Shown in pieces: positions 8,261-15,750 of a stretch of DNA of 30,626 nucleotides. Source of the DNA: a virus. Lineage: Duplodnaviria; Caudoviricetes. Position 1 is the stretch's first letter. Each line of letters opens with the position of its first letter. The notes under the pieces were generated by a model. The model ran no database searches. It had not been told where the DNA came from and saw nothing but the letters and a program-made list of their open reading frames with translations. The stretch is taken from positions 1 to 30,626 of the IMG/VR virus record IMGVR_UViG_3300032303_000924; one strand, given 5' to 3'. The position numbers and the translations under genes are program-made.

Positions 8261-8293
8261 TTTGGTGTGTAGCAAATTTGCTACATATATTTG
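8261..8293 (+). promoter_or_regulatory. Bacteroidota -33/-7 early promoter with a perfect 18-bp palindromic operator in its spacer
   Basis: TTTG (8261-8264), 21-nt spacer, TATATTTG (8286-8293). The spacer contains TGTAGCAAATTTGCTACA (8268-8285). Confidence 0.8.
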
Positions 8294-8332
8294 CCCAACA
8301 ATTAACGAGTTAAACACTTAAAACAAAAATCA

Positions 8333-8530
8333 ATGTACACACTTATCATTAACAACCGCCCAAACCGCACATCTCAAACATTTGAATTTCGCAATATACG
8401 CGAAGCACTTACGTCATTCATTGAGCGCTGCGATGCTTTTGATCTTGTTTATTGCGAAGATAACAATGGGAATTTTAGCGCAGGTGGTATCGGTAGCGAT
8501 TGGGAAATTGAATTAATTTCTAATTTCTAA
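8333..8530 (+). CDS. 65-aa early protein, paralog A
   Basis: Shares SF.ERCD...NG...AGG.GSD..I.L with 8543..8740. Confidence 0.8.
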   Translation: MYTLIINNRPNRTSQTFEFRNIREALTSFIERCDAFDLVYCEDNNGNFSAGGIGSDWEIELISNF

Positions 8531-8542
8531 AACCCCAAAACG

Positions 8543-8740
8543 ATGCCATCAATACTTATCTTTCATTACCCCTCGAGCACCCACAAAGCGCTCCAATTCC
8601 CAACTAATCGCGCCGCTTTTAACTCATTCGCCGAACGTTGCGATGAGCTCGGCCTTGAATGGGAGGAACTCGATAACGGCGATTTGCGCGCTGGAGGTCT
8701 CGGTTCTGATTTCGTAATTGATTTAATGCAAAACCCTTAA
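8543..8740 (+). CDS. 65-aa early protein, paralog B
   Basis: Same length and motifs as 8333..8530. Confidence 0.8.
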   Translation: MPSILIFHYPSSTHKALQFPTNRAAFNSFAERCDELGLEWEELDNGDLRAGGLGSDFVIDLMQNP

Positions 8741-8751
8741 AATTTATTTAT

Positions 8752-9030
8752 ATGAACACATTTACATTTAAAATTACTTTGCCCCAAGTCATCGACACTC
8801 ACACAGTAGAGCTCCCCTATTACTGCAAATTGGGCCTTGCACATTGGGCAATCCTCGCCGAGGATCATTTTATTGAGGTAAATTATTATCCAACAATTAA
8901 GTCGGCAAACATCTTTAAAAAAGATAAAACGCCTAGCGAGTTGGAACGCTTTGAGGTTGAAGCCAGCACCCGCGAGGAATTTCTTGAAATCTATCAAAAG
9001 GCTATAAATCTAATCACTGAAAAGCTATGA
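8752..9030 (+). CDS. Hypothetical early protein
   Basis: 92-aa ORF in the operon, AT-rich translation start. Confidence 0.7.
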   Translation: MNTFTFKITLPQVIDTHTVELPYYCKLGLAHWAILAEDHFIEVNYYPTIKSANIFKKDKTPSELERFEVEASTREEFLEIYQKAINLITEKL

Positions 9031-9113
9031 AAGACGAACAAGTTAAAAAAGAACTGCAAATTTTAATTCTAATAAATCTAATTCTAATCATTCTATGGAT
9101 AGCTACCCTTTGA
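9027..9113 (+). CDS. 28-aa hydrophobic peptide
   Basis: MKDEQVKKELQILILINLILIILWIATL*; ATGA-coupled to the upstream ORF and overlapping the recombinase start. Confidence 0.5.
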   Translation: MKDEQVKKELQILILINLILIILWIATL

Positions 9114-9763
9114 GCGCCGAAACCGCCGAGGCTTTACAAAAATTCCAAACGCGGCTAAATAGCGCCCCAAATGATGCGGGCATCGAATCAACTCCCGACA
9201 ACAAAGCTAAAACCGTGGTCATTTCACACATCGAAATGACGCTCGATGAAATGTTTTTTGGGCAGTGGAAAACCGAAAATTTCAAGTGGTCGGCAATTGC
9301 TAATGAAGTCCAAGGCTCAATGGAGCTTGTATGTGTTCACCCGGTAACAGGTTTCGAATTACGCCGAACGGGAGCCGCATCAATTATAATTATGGTCGAT
9401 CGGGTACCCGAGGGGGTAACTGGCAGCGATCGCAACCAATGGGCTCTTAACCCAGCTAATAAGAAAGCCAACGCGTTAGATATGGCATTCCCCAAATTGA
9501 AAGCGGAATGTCTCAAGAACGCCGCCCAATCACTTGGAAAAGTATTCGGACGCGATCTTAACCGAAAGAACCGAGACGAGTACCGCCCTTATAAAATTGC
9601 AACCTCGGGAGAATTGCCCCAAAACATCATTAACAAATTGGAGGTGGGAATAATGAACCGTGACCCCCAAGCTATTGAGGCAATGGCCGCGCTTGATACT
9701 CATTTAAGCCCATCGCAAAAAAACCAACTTAACGAATTAATCCAAAAGCAAAATGAGCACTAA
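9095..9763 (+). CDS. Sak/Rad52-like single-strand annealing protein
   Basis: LDEMFFGQW...PKLKAECLKNAAQSLGKVFGRDLNRK resembles the Rad52/Rad22-type core; adjacent to an exonuclease. Confidence 0.65.
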   Translation: MDSYPLSAETAEALQKFQTRLNSAPNDAGIESTPDNKAKTVVISHIEMTLDEMFFGQWKTENFKWSAIANEVQGSMELVCVHPVTGFELRRTGAASIIIMVDRVPEGVTGSDRNQWALNPANKKANALDMAFPKLKAECLKNAAQSLGKVFGRDLNRKNRDEYRPYKIATSGELPQNIINKLEVGIMNRDPQAIEAMAALDTHLSPSQKNQLNELIQKQNEH

Positions 9764-10466
9764 CCCCTATTTAAATGAATATCTGATAAGCGTTGCCCAA
9801 AACTCGAGCGCTTGGGATAAACTCAGGCTTGGCCGCTTTACAGGCTCGGGAATCTCGGCGCTAATGACCGACCCCAAAACCAAGGCAGCCAAAGAAGCGG
9901 GAGAAATGAGCGAAACCGCCAAAAAGTACATTTACGAGAAAGTAATGGAGCTCGTCACTGGGCAAAGCGCCAACGAGGCAACCTCACGGGCGATTGATTG
10001 GGGTAACGAATGGGAGGAGCACGCATTAAGACAACTGCAAATTTCACTTAATAGCCCGGATGAAGGCACCGAGCTAAAGCCGTCGTTTAAATTATTCAAC
10101 GATTACTTTGGATGTAGCCCTGACGCCTTTATGATTCACCCCAAATTTGGGCCCGTTGGATGCGAAATTAAATGCCCGTGGAACTCAGTTAACCACTTTC
10201 ACCATTCGCAAATTGAAAGCGCCGAGGATTTAAAACGAGTAAACTCCGATTATTATTGGCAAGTGATTGGCAATATGTTAACGTTTAATCTCCCAGCGTG
10301 GGTTTTTGCCTCATACGACCCGCGCCAGCCTGAGCACCGCCAACTACACCACACGGTGATTTTATTCGATCCTGATGCCGCCGCTAATCTTTGCGAGGTT
10401 ATGGAAAAGGCCCAAAAAATGAAAATGCAGCTACTAAACGAGTGGCTCGAATATCCAAAAAAGTAA
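9753..10466 (+). CDS. YqaJ/lambda-type exonuclease
   Basis: W..LRLGRFTGS, WG.EWE..A, GCSPDA, EIKCP, YYWQV motifs. Confidence 0.9.
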   Translation: MSTNPYLNEYLISVAQNSSAWDKLRLGRFTGSGISALMTDPKTKAAKEAGEMSETAKKYIYEKVMELVTGQSANEATSRAIDWGNEWEEHALRQLQISLNSPDEGTELKPSFKLFNDYFGCSPDAFMIHPKFGPVGCEIKCPWNSVNHFHHSQIESAEDLKRVNSDYYWQVIGNMLTFNLPAWVFASYDPRQPEHRQLHHTVILFDPDAAANLCEVMEKAQKMKMQLLNEWLEYPKK

Positions 10467-10484
10467 ATCCCAAAACGTTATAAA

Positions 10485-10925
10485 ATGAAATTTAGAACTA
10501 GTTATGTAAATCGCATTGAGCGAATTCAAAAATGGATTAACGAAAATCCGGGCGTACACGTCAACGATATGCTCGAGGAATTCAGCGACACACCACGCGG
10601 CACTATTAGCGCCCTCCTTTCATTTATGCTCAGAGCTGGGCACCTTATCAGAGGCGGAAAAGGTTATTACACATTACCTGATTTAATCGCAAGCCCCAAA
10701 AGTGTGGCGTTTGATATTGCCAAGCAAAAGAAAGCACCGAACCTGTTTAACCACGCTAAAAGGCGCAAAGGGGGGAGTATGCCCCAAATTGCCCCTCTTG
10801 AAATTCAGTCGGTTACAAATCGTAACCAATTGCCCGAGATAATTAAACCAGCGCCAACGGATGAAATTATGCGAGCGATTGCGTTGTTAAAAAGTAATGG
10901 GGCGAAAATTACGCTCGAGTTCTAA
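10485..10925 (+). CDS. Putative winged-HTH DNA-binding protein
   Basis: IQKWINENPG...TISALLSFMLRAGHLIRGGKGYYTL wHTH-like N-terminus. Confidence 0.55.
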   Translation: MKFRTSYVNRIERIQKWINENPGVHVNDMLEEFSDTPRGTISALLSFMLRAGHLIRGGKGYYTLPDLIASPKSVAFDIAKQKKAPNLFNHAKRRKGGSMPQIAPLEIQSVTNRNQLPEIIKPAPTDEIMRAIALLKSNGAKITLEF

Positions 10926-10944
10926 GGTTGTTTATTATTGCAAC

Positions 10945-11038
10945 GACACTCAGTAATGAAAATCTTGAATACAGACCGCCGCCGCATTGCCAAAGCCTAT
11001 CCGGGCGCTGGGTGTCCTTTGCGTGCGGTGGTTGTATT
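10945..11038 (+). ncRNA. Candidate structured cis-regulatory leader RNA (pseudoknot or switch) upstream of the initiator
   Basis: Long stem 10968-10986/11020-11038, plus GACACTCAGT (10945-54) complementary to the enclosed GCTGGGTGTC (11007-16). Confidence 0.55.
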
Positions 11039-11044
11039 TATTAA

Positions 11045-11692
11045 ATGAAAAAATCTTTCTTACTTTACATTGACGCCTTGGAGGTGCTTAATGTTTTAAG
11101 CGATCAACAGGCTGGGCAATTATTTAAAGCCATTCGAGCTTATCAATTGGGAATTGAGTTAGAAATTGAGCCAATTATTCAAATTGCAATGGCCTCGTTT
11201 ATCCAAAATTTTAAGCGTGATAATGAAAAATATTTAATGATTGTGGAGCGTAATCGCGCAAATGGATTGAAAAATAGTAAGTTAAAACATGAAACCCAAA
11301 GGAACCCAGTGGGTACCACTCGCACCCAAACAAAGCCACTCGTAACCGATAATGATAATGATAATGATAATGATAATGATAATGAGATAAACAAAAAAAA
11401 TAAACAAAAAAAGTTTGAACCTCCAACGCTTGATGAGGTTAAAGCGTGGTTTGCTGAACAAGGCTCAACGCCTGAGCAAGGGGCCAAAGCGTGGCAATAC
11501 TACACCGATGGAAATTGGAGCGACGCTAAAGGCTCACCCGTTAAAAATTGGCGTCAGAAAATGCGAGGCGGGCGTTGGCTCGAAACGCAAGCGCCAGCAC
11601 GCCAACCGGAATTACTGAAAAACTATCAAAATCTCACTAATCTAAATCTCGAATCTTATGACGAACTTAGTCACATTGGTTCCACCGAATGA
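11045..11692 (+). CDS. Replication initiator (DUF6291-like N-terminus, lambda O analogue)
   Basis: MKKSFLLY..LSDQQAGQLFKAI..Y N-terminus, low-complexity linker, F.PPTLDEV...YY...W...G..VKNW C-terminus; directly upstream of DnaB. Confidence 0.8.
   Translation: MKKSFLLYIDALEVLNVLSDQQAGQLFKAIRAYQLGIELEIEPIIQIAMASFIQNFKRDNEKYLMIVERNRANGLKNSKLKHETQRNPVGTTRTQTKPLVTDNDNDNDNDNDNEINKKNKQKKFEPPTLDEVKAWFAEQGSTPEQGAKAWQYYTDGNWSDAKGSPVKNWRQKMRGGRWLETQAPARQPELLKNYQNLTNLNLESYDELSHIGSTE
11291..11412 (+). repeat. Probable replication origin inside the initiator gene: short repeats, (GATAAT)6 and an A-rich tract
   Basis: ACCCA x3 and CCACTCG x2 (11291-11347), six GATAAT units (11348-11383), A-rich run 11388-11412. 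Confidence 0.55.
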
Positions 11693-13001
11693 CGTTGAAC
11701 TCGAAAAAACCTTAATAGGGGCTATTCTGCTCGATTTTAAAGCACTCAATCGCGTTGAAGGTATCCTAACACCTAAAAAGTTTTTTGATCCCCGTAATGA
11801 GCTTATAATTGAGGCAGTGTTAAAATTGAAAAGCGAAAATTTACCCATCGATATTTTAACCGTTACCCAAACGCTGAGAAAAACCCAACAATTAACCGGG
11901 GCGGGTGGGCCTGTTTATATCGCTGAACTCACGGGGCGCGTGGCCTCAACCGCTAATTTGGAGGTTTGGGCGCTGGCGTTAACTGAAATGTACTTAAAAA
12001 GAGAAATTGCCAAGATTGCAGCGCGTATGGCTGAGCTCGCACTTTCTCCCGAAAACGACCCGTTCGACCTTTATAACCAATTCAGCACCGAGTTAACGGA
12101 TCTCATACGCGATAATCTCAAAGGCCAAAGCTCGCACGTGTCAGCCATTACCCCCGAAACCTCATTCAGCATCGAAGCGCGTGATAAAATTGGAATAAGT
12201 GGAATCCCCTCAGGCATTCGAGCAATCGACGGCGTGCTCGGTGGCCACCAAAAAAGCGATTTAGTTTATGTGGCCGCTCGCCCGGGTATGGGTAAAACAT
12301 CCTTTGCGTTATCGGTTCTTTTAAATATCGCTAAAACAGGCCGACCCGTTGCGTTTTTCAGCCTCGAAATGTCGCGCGTTCAAATTGTTTTCCGCTTGGC
12401 CTCAATTCTGAGCGGGATAAACGCCGAAACGCTGGCAAAGCATCGACTCGACCGCGATACAAAAATTAAATACTATCAGATTGTCGACAAGCTAAACGCC
12501 TTACCGATTTACATAGATGACCAAGCCGCTCTAACGATTCACGATCTAAAAACGAGAGTTCGAATGCTTAGGGAAAAGTTTAAAGTTGAGGCGGTTTTTA
12601 TTGATTACGTCCAACTAATTAGTGGTGGAAAATCAAAAAACCAAAACCGCGAACAGGAAGTTAGCACCATTTCGAGGGGTTTAAAGTTAATCGCTAAAGA
12701 AAACGATTTGCCCGTCGTCGCTCTCGCCCAGCTCTCACGATCCCTTGAAACGCGAAGCGATAAACGCCCTATGCTTTCTGATTTGCGCGATTCCGGGAGC
12801 CTCGAGCAAGATGCGGATGTGGTCGCCTTTCTTTATCGCGAGGATTATTACTCAAAGGAAAGCGGTATTAACAACGCGGAGTTCATTATCGCCAAACATC
12901 GCAACGGTCGAACTGGTTTCGTAAATGTAAATTTCACCCCCGAAACGATGCACTACACCGACACATTGCAAGTACAACCCCAAAACTATTTTGAATTATG
13001 A
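11658..13001 (+). CDS. dnaB: Replicative DNA helicase
   Basis: AARPGMGKT, FSLEM, IDYVQL, QLSR..E.R.DKRPMLSDLRDSGSLEQDAD, KHRNG. Confidence 0.97.
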   Translation: MTNLVTLVPPNDVELEKTLIGAILLDFKALNRVEGILTPKKFFDPRNELIIEAVLKLKSENLPIDILTVTQTLRKTQQLTGAGGPVYIAELTGRVASTANLEVWALALTEMYLKREIAKIAARMAELALSPENDPFDLYNQFSTELTDLIRDNLKGQSSHVSAITPETSFSIEARDKIGISGIPSGIRAIDGVLGGHQKSDLVYVAARPGMGKTSFALSVLLNIAKTGRPVAFFSLEMSRVQIVFRLASILSGINAETLAKHRLDRDTKIKYYQIVDKLNALPIYIDDQAALTIHDLKTRVRMLREKFKVEAVFIDYVQLISGGKSKNQNREQEVSTISRGLKLIAKENDLPVVALAQLSRSLETRSDKRPMLSDLRDSGSLEQDADVVAFLYREDYYSKESGINNAEFIIAKHRNGRTGFVNVNFTPETMHYTDTLQVQPQNYFEL

Positions 13002-13534
13002 AATATGAGTTTTCAGAATGTTCGTGGGAATCTGTAAAACATTTATTTCTGAATTATCATTATTTAAAATCTATGCCCGCTGGAATATTGGCCGTATATG
13101 GATTATTTGATAATGAAAATTTGGGTATATCAGTTGGCGGCGCTATATTTTGCAATGGGCGAATTCAATACGATAAAAAATATATTGAATTCAGTCGAAT
13201 GTATTTAATACAAGATTTACCAAAAAATAGCGAATCTCAATTTATTGGCAATTGTCTTAAATCATTAAAAAAAAAATATCCCACTTATTTAGGAGTTGTT
13301 ACTTGGGCTGATTTAAATCGTGGTCATAATGGAATTATTTACAAAGCATCGAATTTTGCTTTTGACGGAATGAGCCGCTCGGTAAAAAAATATCAAGGTA
13401 AAAACAAAAAAACCATTTATGAACGTACGGCAAATGCACAAAGTATTTATTGCGGATTTGATAATCCAAAAAAACGATTTATTTATTATTTTGATAAAAA
13501 ACTAAGAGAAAAAAAACGAAATGAAAATATTTAA
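12998..13534 (+). CDS. Mom-like GNAT DNA adenine-modification protein
   Basis: YHYL, EFSRM, KNSESQFI, WAD...GHNGIIYKASNF correspond to the Mu Mom-family pattern (HY...EL.R...N.ES...YAD...H.G.IYQA.NW). Confidence 0.75.
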   Translation: MKYEFSECSWESVKHLFLNYHYLKSMPAGILAVYGLFDNENLGISVGGAIFCNGRIQYDKKYIEFSRMYLIQDLPKNSESQFIGNCLKSLKKKYPTYLGVVTWADLNRGHNGIIYKASNFAFDGMSRSVKKYQGKNKKTIYERTANAQSIYCGFDNPKKRFIYYFDKKLREKKRNENI

Positions 13535-13733
13535 AAACTCTGACGGATCATTTGATGTGGTAAACGATCACCGAATTTTGTTTCACGCGAAAAACGGCCA
13601 ATTAAAACTTATTGGGCGGGTTTCTCCAAGCTGGCGAACAGTCTCGAAACAAGTAAGCCGTTTACCCGTTAAATTGAAACCGTTTAAATGCACAATTGAA
13701 ACAACTATTTATGAAGCGTTGCCGCGTTTGTAA
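13521..13733 (+). CDS. Hypothetical protein
   Basis: 70-aa ORF overlapping both neighbours. Confidence 0.6.
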   Translation: MKIFKNSDGSFDVVNDHRILFHAKNGQLKLIGRVSPSWRTVSKQVSRLPVKLKPFKCTIETTIYEALPRL

Positions 13734-14247
13734 AGAGAAATTCATGCCGAGTTATTCAACATTGCAAGCGACTTGCACCAAATCGCGTTGTTTAATCGAA
13801 TGGAGGCGCATCGTTGAGCGTAAAAAAACCAAACGAGAATTAAAAATAATTCGCGAAAGCCTAAAAAGCGTTAGCCAATACCGCCGAGAACTCCAAAAAG
13901 TATTTAATGAGTTCATCCGCCTGAGAGATTCAAAACAACCGTGTATAAGTTGTAATAAGCCTCTACCGCTTAAATATGATGCGGGCCACTTTTACTCGGT
14001 TGGGGCTTATCCCAATTTAAGGTTTAACGAGGACAACGTTCACGGCCAATGTGTCGAATGTAACCAGCACAAACACGGCAACCTTTTGGAATATGCCCCA
14101 CGATTAAATGAGCGAATCGGATTTGAACGGGCGAGTAAATTAATGGCAATTAGAAATGAGCCGCTTAAAATGCCACTCGATGAAATAAAACGACTAATAG
14201 AACACTACAAATGCAAAGTGAAAACCCTGAAACGAACCTCCGAATAA
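13711..14247 (+). CDS. ninG: NinG/Rap-family junction endonuclease
   Basis: CRVC...C...C, FNEFIRLRD..PCISC, DAGHF, LRFNEDNVHGQC..CN. Likely ATG start at 13711. Confidence 0.9.
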   Translation: MKRCRVCKEKFMPSYSTLQATCTKSRCLIEWRRIVERKKTKRELKIIRESLKSVSQYRRELQKVFNEFIRLRDSKQPCISCNKPLPLKYDAGHFYSVGAYPNLRFNEDNVHGQCVECNQHKHGNLLEYAPRLNERIGFERASKLMAIRNEPLKMPLDEIKRLIEHYKCKVKTLKRTSE

Positions 14248-14390
14248 TCGCCTTAAAACAAGAGCTTTTTATTTTAATGGCTCGGCGATCATTACGGCCG
14301 TGCCTTACTGAAAACGCCCGAATGTGGCGCGTAATGGCTGAGCTTTACGAATTAACACACGACGAAAATTTTAATTTAAAATCCAAATAA
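14211..14390 (+). CDS. 59-aa hypothetical protein (LYELT family, copy 1)
   Basis: MQSENPETNLRIIALKQELFILMARRSLRPCLTENARMWRVMAELYELTHDENFNLKSK*; fills the gap and resembles 14627..14791. Confidence 0.65.
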   Translation: MQSENPETNLRIIALKQELFILMARRSLRPCLTENARMWRVMAELYELTHDENFNLKSK

Positions 14391-14391
14391 A

Positions 14392-14625
14392 ATGAGTAAT
14401 TACACACAAAAGGAAGGCCAAGGGTCTTTATTTAGAAACGACAAAAAAAACAACGAAAAAAGCCCCGAATACACGGGTTCCATTATGGTAAATGGCCGTG
14501 AAATGCGCCTGAGCGCTTGGGTAAAAGAGGGTAAAAGTGGTAAATTTTTGAGCCTCCAAATTTCAGAAAAACAAAATCCAAAACCCGCAAGCGAACCAGC
14601 ATCAAATAACGATTTACCTTTTTAA
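14392..14625 (+). CDS. Small SSB-like (DUF736-like) protein
   Basis: GSLFRN.KK..KSPEYTG.I.VNG....LSAW....GKFLSL beta core with a C-terminal NDLPF tail. Confidence 0.7.
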   Translation: MSNYTQKEGQGSLFRNDKKNNEKSPEYTGSIMVNGREMRLSAWVKEGKSGKFLSLQISEKQNPKPASEPASNNDLPF

Positions 14626-14626
14626 A

Positions 14627-14791
14627 ATGAAAGCTACACTTTACGATTTTGCCACCGTGGTAAAAATCCTCAAACTCCGAAAGGAACGCCACGAATTATT
14701 ATACAATCCAAAAGCATACCGAGGGCGACAAAAAGCTGTTAGCCGCCAGCTTTACGAGTTGACAAAAAATGAAATTTACCTCCGGTTCTAA
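14627..14791 (+). CDS. 54-aa hypothetical protein (LYELT family, copy 2)
   Basis: MKATLYDFATVVKILKLRKERHELLYNPKAYRGRQKAVSRQLYELTKNEIYLRF*; its stop overlaps the endolysin stop. Confidence 0.65.
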   Translation: MKATLYDFATVVKILKLRKERHELLYNPKAYRGRQKAVSRQLYELTKNEIYLRF

Positions 14792-15171
14792 ATTTGGAAA
14801 TGAGGATAATCTTTGAAGCTATCCCAATCGCCGCCCCATTGCACCTGTGGGCATTGAATGGCTAAAATGTGGGCGAATTTTTGAAATAAAACGGGATTCC
14901 AATCGAGGGTTCCGTTTTTTTTTTTGAATGCAATATCAAACGCCTTAGCTGGCTTTTGATTGTGTTTACCATTGCGGCGAATCTGAGTTACAATTTTACC
15001 CGGTGCGGTTCGACCTTGAGCATATAACTCCATTTGTTCGGCGTTGCTGCGATAGGTGCAAGTCAAAAACGGCTCGGGCTCGCCCGGGTTCATATAAAGA
15101 AAAGTTCTCAGCGCGTCAGCCCAAGCCTTTTGGAGTATTGGATCGCAGTCGTTTATTTCACGGCTTGGCAT
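14788..15171 (-). CDS. Endolysin, M15-family (L-Ala-D-Glu) peptidase
   Basis: YRS..EQ..LYAQGRT, H...AFD, WGGDW..FKDYPHFQ zinc-peptidase motifs. Confidence 0.9.
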   Translation of the reverse strand: MPSREINDCDPILQKAWADALRTFLYMNPGEPEPFLTCTYRSNAEQMELYAQGRTAPGKIVTQIRRNGKHNQKPAKAFDIAFKKKNGTLDWNPVLFQKFAHILAIQCPQVQWGGDWDSFKDYPHFQI

Positions 15172-15286
15172 CGTTCAAGTTTTTTTGAATTTTGCGTTTT
15201 TCAATCAAACGCACAATCAAACCAATTAAAATAATTACAATTTCGCGAACCCCGTCGCTCGTTGTGGTTGGTAGAAAATCCTCCAT
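15158..15286 (-). CDS. 42-aa single-TM lysis-cassette peptide
   Basis: MEDFLPTTTSDGVREIVIILIGLIVRLIEKRKIQKNLNDAKP*, between holin and endolysin. Confidence 0.6.
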   Translation of the reverse strand: MEDFLPTTTSDGVREIVIILIGLIVRLIEKRKIQKNLNDAKP

Positions 15287-15297
15287 TTTTATTTTTT

Positions 15298-15642
15298 TTA
15301 TTTAGATTTTTTATCGCCACGCTTGGGCATAATAAACGAAACAACTGCGGTAAACATTGCCTTGTAATTACTCATGAAATAAATGAAAATCTTTTCACCC
15401 ATGAGCGTAGCCATTGGGACGGCCCATTGCGCCTCGGTAACGTGCCCGTTATTGATGCAATAAACCGAGGTTAGATAACCCGAAAAAATGGAAAGGCCGA
15501 TGACGGCAATCCATTGAAAAACTGAGAGGGTTCTTTTCATGTAAATTTCATAAGAGAGTTTTCCCAAAACTCCGATTATTACGCCGAAAATCCAGCTCGA
15601 TATATCGCCTAACAAATCGGTTAAATAATTAAACACGCTCAT
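15298..15642 (-). CDS. Putative holin
   Basis: 114 aa, two to three hydrophobic segments, basic C-terminus, upstream of the endolysin. Confidence 0.65.
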   Translation of the reverse strand: MSVFNYLTDLLGDISSWIFGVIIGVLGKLSYEIYMKRTLSVFQWIAVIGLSIFSGYLTSVYCINNGHVTEAQWAVPMATLMGEKIFIYFMSNYKAMFTAVVSFIMPKRGDKKSK

Positions 15643-15746
15643 AGTTTTTTAGGTTTCGTTTTAGCTAATAACTGACGCTCGTATTTTTTTAGAGCCTCAA
15701 GATATGAACGGCGTTTTTCGCTTGTTTTCCTTTCTTGAGATTTCAT
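15639..15746 (-). CDS. 35-aa highly basic peptide
   Basis: MKSQERKTSEKRRSYLEALKKYERQLLAKTKPKKL*; ATGA-coupled to the holin. Confidence 0.55.
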   Translation of the reverse strand: MKSQERKTSEKRRSYLEALKKYERQLLAKTKPKKL

Positions 15747-15750
15747 TTAT

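Noticed and set aside
11348-11383. (GATAAT)6 as a CRISPR or contingency repeat
   Set aside because: No spacers; it is an in-frame hexamer encoding an Asp-Asn linker.
14915-14925. A11 run in the endolysin (also A10 in the Mom-like gene near 13267) as programmed frameshift or phase-variation sites
   Set aside because: They lie inside catalytic domains as poly-Lys codons with no evident useful alternative product. They also show that long A runs are not rare here.
15625-15636. 12-nt identity with 20786-20797 as an sRNA target in the holin
   Set aside because: Wrong orientation for pairing with the holin mRNA; treated as a chance AT-rich match.
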